Source: Ascidiella aspersa (taxonomy: Eukaryota). Taken from it: DNA of 64,000 bases. The number at the start of each line of letters is the position of its first letter. The stretch's first letter is position 1. Shown here in pieces: positions 51,317 through 61,600 of this stretch. The notes under the pieces were generated by a model, which did no database searches, was not told the origin of the DNA, and saw nothing but the letters and a program-made list of their open reading frames with translations. The position numbers and the translations under genes are program-made. The stretch spans positions 32,488,001-32,552,000 of the forward strand of contig OZ004607.1 in the NCBI GenBank assembly GCA_963924565.1, given 5' to 3'.

Positions 51317-54300
51317 ATGATGACCAAGTACACCGCTCGAAACGTTCTGCTGTTTGTTCCCAATATAATAGGTGAGTATGCATTAAATTGAGTTATGTGA
51401 TAAAATATCCTGCACAGAATGTGTAATAAATAGAATAAACGGCGTTATTTTACATTTTGCCGCTTCCAACATGACAAAAATATATCAAAAAACGTAAGGC
51501 ACACAATTTACAAATATTTTTGTTTTGACCTGACGAAGTCGTTTGTGTGAAATCTTGTTAATTTTTCTATGCATCTTGTCGTTAAAAGTGCCACTTGATT
51601 TCCAGATTTAAAATTCGACAAATACTACAACCAGGTTTTGAACAGACACTTTGGAATTGTCTTCTTTTATTTTGTTTCATGTCTCAATTCTGTAACAAAA
51701 ACGAGAAATATGACAACAAAAATAACGTGTATAACGTTTCATGTAACTCTTTACTTTTGTCGATGCTAATGCAAAGTACTGTGTGCACTTTTTTACTGCG
51801 ATTGTCAATATAAACTCAACAAAATTTGTTTACAGGTTATGTTCGAATTGTCCTTATTCTGGCGACGTTTTGGTACGTTTCTGATTGCTTCCAAATAGCC
51901 TCGATATCTTACTTTTTAAGCGTCTTTCTGGATGAGTTTGATGGAAGGGCCGCACGAAAATTTAAACAAGTACGATTTGACGAGATAAAAATAAACCTAA
52001 ACTATGTATCTTTATGCTCAAATATCTATTAACATTTTAGTTGCACAAGTGGGCTTGCACTTGAGTGCAAGTATGATATGCCCGTTACTTTGAAACACAA
52101 TTTTACCGATCACCAAATTTAAGGATCATGTTTACTGTTCTTAAGATTCAGATTGACCTAAAAAACAGTTGTCTATCGCTTAATGCAGTGTTTCTCAACT
52201 CATGGGCCGCCGTTTACTTTGGCTGGTTTGCCAACTACAACAGTCCATTTGGTTACATTTATCGAGATTGGTTCTAGGCAATATTTCTCGATACATTTAA
52301 AAAAATATTGAGGCAACACGAAAACATGACTCATATGAATTAAATGAGAAATTATTAATGAAAAAGTTCAACAAAAAAAGAATCATAACACCGTTTACTA
52401 TGTAACACACTTCTACCGAAAACCAGTTAAGTCTATGTTTTCTGTTCTTACGATTCAAATTGGCTTAGACTTAGAGAAAGAGTGTTTCCAAACCCATGGA
52501 TCGTCATAACTTTGACTAGTTCGCCAACTTTAGCTTTGCTGTTAACACAAAAAAATAGCTGCATGAACACTAAAAATATCAGGTGAAATTAAGTTAGTTT
52601 GATATGCAATTAGATGCAAGAGTTAATCGTTCCTTTGCTCGTTTTAGCTCCGTCCATTGCTTGTTTAAAACAGTGGTTCTTAACCGGGGTGCCGCGGCAC
52701 TCTAGGGTGCCATTTTTAACGTTCAAGGGTGCCGAGAGATATTTCAAATTCTTTAGGATTCCAATTCTTCCTCTATTGGTAAGCTTCTCGTTATATATTT
52801 TTTATGTACGATATAAGTGCAAAAAATTAAAAGATTTTCAACCTTGTTGCACAATTAATATGCTGTTTCAATGTCGTTTTCTGTAACGTTACAGTAAACA
52901 ACTCAGCAAATATCCAAGCAAGGGTGAAGCGAACTCTTCCGAACAGAACAGTGTAAAAACGTTTATTGAAATACTCGCCGAATCTGTCGGTCCCGGCTTG
53001 ACCGTAGGTCGTGAGTTCGAACCTCACTGCAGGCTAGTTGTTTTTCTGGCTTGCTCTGCTTGCATCAAAGATCGACAGATTGGGCGAGTCTGAGATGGCT
53101 TTTCGGTGTACTATTGATAAGGAAGCCGTAATCGTTGGTCATAAAGCAGCTTCCGAGGGGATAGATCACAGATGTTATTAAACACATATGTTTGTGTGTC
53201 TTTCATTTATTAAAATACTATTGACTTATTGCTGAGCCTTCTGGTTGTATTTGGTTCCTTAAATACTTTTACACGCATCAAAAACCAATGTATTCTGTTA
53301 TTCAGTGCAGCAAATTCGGAGCCGTGTTAGACCTGGTTACGGACATGCTCGGAAATGCGGGCCTGTGTATGGCCCTGGCCCATTTCTACCCACGCTACAT
53401 GATTTTATTCCAAATAAGGTAAAAACCTAAATTTACCGACATGAAATTCAATTATAAAATATTGTGTTTAAACGAAAAATGTTGCTTTTTTACCAATCAG
53501 TAAAATTAGGCCTACTTCCTTTTGAACAAAGAATAGTTAATTAATCGCCCCTCTTGCAATTTTCGACTATGCTTTATATCTTTGGTTAAGGGTTCTAATT
53601 GAAATTGGAAGTCACTGGTTGTACTTGCATTCGACACTGCTTTGTGGTAGTTCAAGTCATAAAGATGCAACCACAGTAAAGAACAACCTTTTAAAAGTGT
53701 ATTACACATCAATTGTAAGTCGAAACCTTTTAAAAGTGTATTACATCAATTGTAAGTCGCTGCCTTGGAATATAATTTTGTATGGAATAAGATTGATTTT
53801 CTGATTTCTATCTAGGTGTTGTTTGTTTGATTTTTATCTAGGTGTTGTTTGTTTGATTGAAACCAAATATAAATCGATCTTCTAGAAATGTTCTCGGTAA
53901 ATATGAATTGCAAGTGAGGATTTGTAATCATAGAATATATTCAATACATGAAGCGACATTTGACTGATAAAAATAAAAAAAACAATTAAAATTTTCGGTA
54001 ATGTATATAGGTTTTGATAAGATTTATTAAATTTCCAACTTGTCTCAAGAAAAAAGATGTTCTTACAATTTTGGTAATATTTAAAGATCATTTAAAAAAA
54101 TAAAAAAAATATTTGAATTGAACAAGCTTTTTATTTTTGTTCGAAACCGACATTACTACTTCGTATTGAAAAAATAGCGGCGCTCTTTCACTTATGTACG
54201 TGAAAAGTTATGCAAAAAAAATAAATAATAATACCGCATACCACAACGCATATTGTTTGGGTTAGGGTGCGGGTTAGTGTTTGGGTGAGGGTGGGTCAAG

Positions 54301-56631
54301 TAATATTATGTTTATTATTAATAATACCTTGACCCACCCTCAACCAAACGCTAACCCGCACCCTAACCCAAACAATATGCGTTGTGGTATGCGGCATTTG
54401 AAGAAAGTTTTTTTTTTATTAATTTTTACGTACAATAGTGAAAGAGCGCCAAAATAGCTTACCTGTCACTTTCTGCATACATCTGTTTTAGTTAGAAGAA
54501 TTTAAATAAAGCGATTGTAACTTTTGTTTTCAGCCTGTCAGTTATGGAGTAGTTTATGGAAACGAGATTTTCTTCATAATGCTTTACCTTCTTCACTTCA
54601 CCGAAGGTCCATTAGGTAAGAGCAGTCATTTGTCTAGCCCAGGGGTTCCCAAACTTTTTTGGTCTGTGGCCTAAATGTCTATAATATAGCGATTCGTGGC
54701 TCACCCTGTGCTTTCAAGATGTTGAGCAACATCGGTCTTGAGCGCTTCATCCAACTCGGAACCGCAAACTCACAAAAAAGAAAAACAAGCCTAAATTCGT
54801 TTGAAAAACGCAAGATTGGCAACATTGCTACTCACTCACTTTGAAATTTGAACTGCTATGTCCAACACAGAGGCTAAATCCCATTGTTAGGAGACAAGGA
54901 CCTTTCTAGCTAAGAAATTATTGTTTTTCAAAACAAAGCGCATAATATCCACAGCAGGGGTGGGCAATTATTTTTAACCGCGGGCCGCATGAAAAACTTA
55001 AAATGCTGTGGCGGGGAAGGTCAAAAATAAGATCTCAAATACACGCAATATAACGTCATACTCTGACGGGATAAAACAAATAAGCTAACGAACTTGTTAT
55101 TACGTTTGTAGTTGTACAAAATATTGCAGTTTAAGTTTAATTTAAAGAAGACGTCGCACAAAGCGCGAAATACTTGCGACTATATTTGTTTTAAAATGCC
55201 AACTTTAATTTAAATTTAGTGGGGGCGTGACGCATTGAACACAGATAAAAAATATAGACTTCATATCTTGTTGATATATTGGCATGTATCAAGTTGTAGG
55301 GCGCATTGACCCAAAAGTTAAGATTAAAATACGTAAAAATTTCTCACAAAAAACTTACAATGTTTTTGCTTTTTGAGGCTTTAAGTTACCGATGTGTTAC
55401 TTGCGGGCAACGGCCATATTGCAAAGACAGTATAAATCGGGTTCATTAACTAAATTAGGTTGACAACATGTAAATCGGTATGTTTCAGAAAACGATAATT
55501 TTTTAGAAAATGGTATTAATTTTAGAAAACGGCTGGTATTTAGTTCATAATTTATAGAAGCGCAAAAACTAAATAAATATTAGGATAAGTTTGTTAAACT
55601 TTCGTTGGGGAGAGCGACATAATGCAGACGCTTTTTGTCTGTAAAGACGCCAAAAAATCGCTTGGCGCTCACGAAAAAGACAGAAGGGATTCACGCGAAG
55701 CGCGGAAATAATTTCCACAAGAGTTTTGCGGGAAAGGGTCTGGAAAGAGTGTTTAAGATAACGTACAACCAAACGTGTAGAAACTCGCCCTTGTTTTAGC
55801 TTATATGCATTTTAGCAAAAATAAGCCGCGGGCCGGATCCGGCATTTGGAAACCACTGGTCTAGCCTACATACATAATGTTTATCAACGTATATTTCCTG
55901 CGCTTGGCGTTTGTGCATTGTTTGAGTTTTTACGCGAAACTCCATGTTGTATAAACACACTTTTTGTTTTAATTATTTAAAATCACTGGATTTTAAAACT
56001 CTGTTTTAAACAGATTCAAGAAGGTCTATATAATAGGAGTCCAGCCATTAGACCGAGATAAAGAACAACAGCAACGTTAAAATAGAACACAGTTCGAAAT
56101 AAGATCAAAATATAGGGCTAACACCTAATGGTCGTATAGTACCGTCTAAACCGGACATAGTCCTAAATCCGTCGTAATAAGACCTAAATGGTCAGAATCA
56201 GACCTGAACAACCTTTTACCTAACCCGAAACCCCACCCCTAAGTACATTACTAACTCCCCTAATAATTTCAACCATAACCCATTTTCTACCCCCCCCGCG
56301 TATTTCGCTTTATAAGGTTGTTGGTTTAATTCTACGGTTTTATAGATTTGTCTGCTTTAGGTATTGTTGCTTTTTAGATCTTATTGTGTGTTCCCATATA
56401 ATACTGGACATATGTGAATTTAAAAGTTGGTAACATTACAGTAACTTAACCGAGCTTAACACTTTTTGTTCTTGCTGCATTTTAGTGATGGGATTAGGCG
56501 TCGTAAGAGCTGTACTGTTTCTGACGACTCCTATTATGATTTCCAAGGTGATTATAAGCGTCGTTCAGCTGGTTTATGCTGTGAACCGCATTGCAGAATT
56601 TGACGCCAACGAACTCAATAAACAACAATAG
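51317..56631 (+). CDS. CDIPT: PIS/CDIPT-like paralog 3, 217 aa
   Basis: Exons 51317-51371, 51836-51969, 53306-53418, 53591-53714, 54534-54615, 56486-56631 (654 nt, open). Motif LDEFDGRAARKFKQCSKFGAVLDLVTD. Confidence 0.92.
52671..52930. mobile_element. Left part of a hAT-type MITE
   Basis: CAGTGGTTCTTAACCGGGGTGCCGCGGCAC...AGGGTGCC; no right end found; absent from paralogs 1 and 2. Confidence 0.5.
53005..53210 (+). mobile_element. tRNA-derived SINE-like element
   Basis: T-arm/B-box GGTCGTGAGTTCGAACCTCAC followed by a conserved body and a TG-rich tail; three copies in the window. Confidence 0.7.
53685..53759 (+). repeat. Tandem duplication of the exon-4 end plus 5' splice site (paralog 3)
   Basis: AACCTTTTAAAAGTGTATTAC(AC)ATCAATTGTAAGTCG at 53685-53722 and 53724-53759. 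Confidence 0.9.
53802..53858 (+). repeat. 26-bp tandem duplication
   Basis: TGATTT(C/T)TATCTAGGTGTTGTTTGTT x2. Confidence 0.85.
54179..54450. mobile_element. Palindromic foldback MITE with GG termini and 8-bp TSD (Merlin/MULE-like, unclassified)
   Basis: GGCGCTCTTTCACT...AGTGAAAGAGCGCC, with an inner near-perfect ~65-bp inverted repeat; perfect TSD AAAATAGC (54171-54178, 54451-54458); absent from paralogs 1 and 2. Confidence 0.88.
54640..55858. mobile_element. Composite hAT non-autonomous element (1.2 kb) in paralog 3 intron 5
   Basis: CAGGGGTTCCCAAA / TTTGGAAACCACTG; perfect TSD GTCTAGCC (54632-54639, 55859-55866); contains a second hAT left end CAGGGGTGGGCAA at ~54955. Confidence 0.85.
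56036..56395. mobile_element. GG-ended MITE with imperfect TIRs in paralog 3 intron 5
   Basis: GGAGTCCAGCC...GTGTTCCC; TSD ATATAATA (56028-56035, 56396-56403); empty site AGGTCTGTATGATACTGGAC in paralog 1 (~38414). Confidence 0.75.
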
Positions 56632-58652
56632 TTACACTTTATGGCAAGACTAATCAACTGGTTTCGGCTGTGTGCCACCATGCTTTTTCCGATATCTCTA
56701 TTTGATCGACAGATATTAGTAAAAGGCGTAATCCGAGATGTACATCTATTGCGAAAAAAAAATCTGTGTCCGACTGCTTAATCTTTTGAGGGAAAAAACA
56801 CAAAATGTTCAGTCACCGTTTGGTCAGCAACAAAATGTAAAAAAAAATTTGCGGACCTCTTAGATAGAGCATAATGGTCACTTAGGGGTGGATGAACATT
56901 CAGTTGTAAAGCCCTACATTACGTTTATACGTTTGATATTTCAGGCTTTCTAGGTAATTATGTATAAAGGTGTTTTCACAATGCAACTATGCAGTATGTT
57001 TATACAAATTCGAAGTTGTATTTGTAGTTATTTTTAGTATCAAGAATGTACTCGGTATAACACACTCGCGCTATTGGCTTTCAACAAAGAGTGTTACTTT
57101 TAGTAAAAATATAAAACGCAACGCTTGTTGTGTGTTAGCCCTGATTAAGACTTTGTGTAAGACGCTGTTTGCCACTAATATTATAACTGTCCTATTTTTT
57201 TTATAAAACTTAAAGGAACAATTTACCTATGCAATTTATGTAGGCTAACTAATTGCACTTGCAATTCTGCATCGTTTTTATTATGAAAATTATGCTTTTC
57301 TACTTTATTTTGATACACTTTTTCGTCTTCGTTAAGCTATAACCATACCTGTGGCTGTATAACTGTTTTCTGTTATTTATTTGGTGTCAATTTGCTGTAA
57401 ATGGACAGCATTATATTTTTAGGACATTGTGCATTGCTGACTTGCATTTTCATTTTTAAAGCATTGTGTTTTGTAGTTAACAGAAACGTTTGATCCAGGA
57501 TTAGCAGAATTATAATTGTTTTTAAAATTTGTAGGCGTAATTTCCAAGTGATTTGTACAGCGTTTATTTTGGCAATGTTCATAGGATTCGGGTAAAGTAT
57601 GTAAGTATGTAATATATGAATTATTGAACAAAATGTTTTAAAAATATGAAAAAATTAAACGTGATAGCACTGGATAAATATAATTATTTCGCCTAATCGT
57701 TGTGCTACGCCTTTTTGTGGATGGCGCTGTCCTGTCGTATTTCAATTCGAACTAATAAACACAAGGTTCGCTTAAAACTTGGTCTATAACTAAACATAAC
57801 GTAATTAAGTGAGGAGTGTTTGTTGTAAAATATTCCCAAAATATAAAAAAACATACTGAAATTTAAAAGGGTACGGGTGCCAAAGATGTTTTGTGATTGT
57901 GTTGTATCGGTCACTTATATTAGGAGAGCTTTTTATAATGTATATATGTATATATATATATATGCAAACAGTAAAATATAAAACTGTGAGGTATGATTAG
58001 AGATTCAAGGGAGACTTTAGGTTAGGCAAACCTTTTTCTATTATTTCGATGCTGTTTTGATCTTACGTAGCATCTGGCTGGTAAGTTTCCCAATAAAAAT
58101 ATCGAGTTATGCAACAGGGCTTAACGTATATGTTGTACTGTTGCATAATCGAGACAATCACGCCATGCCTTCGTCATAAACGTCCTAAACAAGATAAGTG
58201 TCTATGAGCAAGAGCAGTAAGATAGTGTGGTGAGTCATGAGCCCGTTAAAGATGTCGTAATGCATCGAGCAATGATTTAGTTTCGTATGTAAGCTTATTT
58301 GAGGAAATAAAATGCTGACAGATATCATTAGCACATGGCGCGTGTATTCGAACTTATTGTTACGAAAAAATGCAGCAAGTGATTCTGATTTATAACAGAC
58401 AAACAAACTAAATAAATAAGTTGGCTTTGTTGTAAAATTTTAGTAAAAATTAGTGAAATTCCCGTAAGGCGTCGAAAGAAAAAAGTTTGAGAAGCACTGG
58501 TGTGTTGTTAGCGATTCTTATTTTGCGCTTTGGGCAAATCATGACATTTGGTCTTTTTGTTAAGAAGAAAAACCGACCCTGCGAATTCTATTTGCAATGT
58601 ATCGGCACATGAATAAACAGCAAGAACATTTAAATGTTGATTTTATATTTGA

Positions 58653-61600
58653 TTATTTTGCTACAAAAAAGCAAAAGTTACTGAAACAGTTCCGCAACTG
58701 CTTCATCAGTTGTTTTGCCGAAGCTCGAAAACTGCCATCCCGAAAGCTGTAAACAACCACGTTAACCAACCTGTAAATAAAACTCGTTTATTGGAGGTGT
58801 CAGTTTTGGAATGACTTACGTCAATAACTTAAAACAAATGCACTGTCACTTTTTTTTAAAGACTTGACTTGAATCTTTTGAGCAAAATTACTTGACTTGG
58901 ACCCAAGTCATTGTGTCAAATATCTTGAGTTGAAATTAAGTGTTTTCATTGTTTTAATTAAACAAATTCGGGGTATTTTATTTTTACTTTTAACACGTAA
59001 AACATTAGCTTGATGCATATCGCGTTTTTGTTATATTTTTCATTCGATATTGTTCATAAACGGGATGAGTTTCCAATTTTAATAGTTTAACTTTTTATTT
59101 TTATGACAAGGACTTGACCTGCTCGAATAATGAATTGACTTGGACTGTTTTGTTTTCAATGTTCGGCATCAAATTTGAATTATTTTAAAAATAATTAAAA
59201 ACGGCCTTTTAAAATTTATTGCTAGTAGTAAAGTAGCGCACCCATGATTCCAGCAAAATTTAGATAAATAATTCTATGCCTAAGACACTCACCCATTTGA
59301 CATTACAAGGAAAATTCCGCCAGTGAGCAGTTTGGCGAGAAGGTTGCATGTGATAACTTTTCCGTAGAAAAGCAATAACATTACCGCGCCCGGAACTGCA
59401 ACAAATACACCAAGAGCCTTATATACGAAAAACAACTCGAGGTTTGGCAAAAAGGGAACATTGTCCAAATTAGAGCTAAAACACTGTTTTTACTTTAAAC
59501 TATTAGTAAAAATAAAGCTATGCACCAATATTTGGAATGACACCCATGTTAAGACGTTTCGAACTACTTTAGTTGCCAAAAGTGTTTCGTGAATTTTGTT
59601 GGATCACTTGGATAAAAAGAGCTTTTATCGTATCAAATAACTATTTTCTCAAACAGTAATTTATGCACAAAATATTTGGAATGACGCCCATGTCAAGACG
59701 TTTCGAAATACTTTAATTCAGGAGGAATTCGATTTTGTAGACTAGAAGTTTGCTTTAAAAGAAAGGTTAAAAAAATTTTTCTGCATATTTTAAAATCTTT
59801 TACGATATTTTCCACAGCACACCAAAACAAACCATGCTTTGTAGAAGGGCAATAACAAAATTGATTATAAACCAAACAAAACTAATTTTTAAGAGGCTGT
59901 GAAATAAGCAAACAAACTAGACTTACTAAACGTAATCGTGAATCCAAATTCCATCACGGCCAGCGTTTTAAACACTGCAACCTCCTTTCGTAGCGTTCTT
60001 GTTCTACTTGAACGCGTCAAATGCTGGGTTTTGTGCAAGGAGGCAAATACAGTTGCTGCTGTCCAGATGGTGAAAAACGTCTACAAGCATGAGTCAATCT
60101 ATTACAAGTAAGCCTACTGAATTCGAATTCCGTACAGTGAAATCGTAAGTTTTTGTTGTGATACTGGGGTCAACTGTCAACATAATTCATTAGTTATAGA
60201 GTATACTATAGACTAATGTTATTTTTTGGAAAAGATGGCAATTCTCTAAACCTGGATAAGCAAAGAAAAGCTTTTATAAATTGTTGTGATAAGACAGTTT
60301 TCTAAAATGTATTTACTTTAACACACATTATTTAAAATTACTGCTAAACCAGTGGTGTTGAGCTTTAAATTTCTTAAAAGCTCTTAACACTTTCCCCCTG
60401 TTTATTAACAAAAAAGTTGATTTGTTTTTAAACTATAGTAGCCTTTTTCTAGCAGTTATTTAGTTCGCCAGGTTATTAATAAATAAAACCAATAAACGAA
60501 TGTCATTGAACAAATGCAATATTAGCCCAAGAATAAGACAAATTATAGTCATTTTACGCACATTAACATAATAGGGGAATTTTCATAACTGGTGAATATG
60601 AAAGAAAATTCTAGATAAATGGCATTACGGACCATCGCAAAATAGTATATGGGTGAAAGCTTTAACTGGAAATAATTGCTTTTTTTGCTATAGCAACAGA
60701 CCTTTATTGTAGCGTACCTTCAAAGGCTCCGAGGGCCCGGGCTGAGAAACCCTGGACTAAACAGTCTTTATGGAGAAACGTATTCCCACATTAGTATCAG
60801 TACGCACCATTGTGACGTAAGGCAGAACAACAAAGGCGAGCATCACTGCCATCTCAATGTACAGGCCTCTTTCAGCGCTGTGTACGATCTGGGTGCTGAA
60901 TGTGAACGACGAGTGGATGTAAGAAGCGATGAACTTATCCGAAAGCAGCGCTGAAGAGTACAACGTTTTTTTGTGACCGGGGATAACAGTATATATATTA
61001 CAACTGACCGTGTACAAGAATTCAGTGGTTCTCTAACTTTAGATCTTGGCAGGCATATTTCGCATTCTTAAAGTAATGGAGGACCCCCTTATTTTTAAAA
61101 CAATAAAACACGTACAAATGATGTTTTGTCCTTTAATTTTAATCTCAATGTTTTCAACGTATTTATTCAAGCGAATATTAAATGAAAATTTTTAGACAAA
61201 TTAAAATCAAAAACAATTAAAAAAATATAAAAAAATATTTTGGTGAAAAAAAAATCGCTTAAACATAAAGTGTAATCTTACATAAGTATAGCCTAAAAAT
61301 GATGAATTTTTTTGTCAAATTACAGGTCACTTAAGCACGCTTTGCAACCTTTTTACTGAAGCCTTGTGCGCGTGGAACAATTTCTTAAAAGTGCAATCTT
61401 AGGGGTGGCAAACTGAACAAAAACAAGGATTTATGATTTTATACCTGGCAGGGCGCTGGTAAGGGCGGCGCTCGTCCAGACCACGGCCAGGAGGGCCAGG
61501 GTGGGCCGGGTGCCCTTCTTCCGGTACCAGAACGGCCAACGGATGGCCACAAACCGTTGCACGCTGAGCATACAAAGGTGGTCAATGGAGGCGACGAAGC

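Larger units (their letters stand above)
33830..57540 (+). repeat. Segmental tandem triplication carrying the CDIPT-like genes
   Basis: Alignable units ~33830-39530, ~40650-47570 and ~50760-57540, including promoter, introns and 3' flank (e.g. GAGCATCTGTATTTGTTAT near 33839 and 40656; GTGCCGGCCA-CATC-AAATGGCCTCAAA near 34908, 41832, 50925). Boundaries approximate. Confidence 0.85.

Noticed and set aside
53005-53030. tRNA gene
   Set aside because: Only a T-arm/B-box; no cloverleaf, and it is attached to a repeated SINE body.
54255-54375. Interstitial telomere
   Set aside because: Only isolated TTAGGG words inside a TSD-flanked foldback element.
33830-57540. CDIPT triplet as an uncollapsed-haplotype artefact
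   Set aside because: Three copies with substantial coding divergence, distinct insertions and unique spacers; more than two alleles can explain. Long reads would be the final test.
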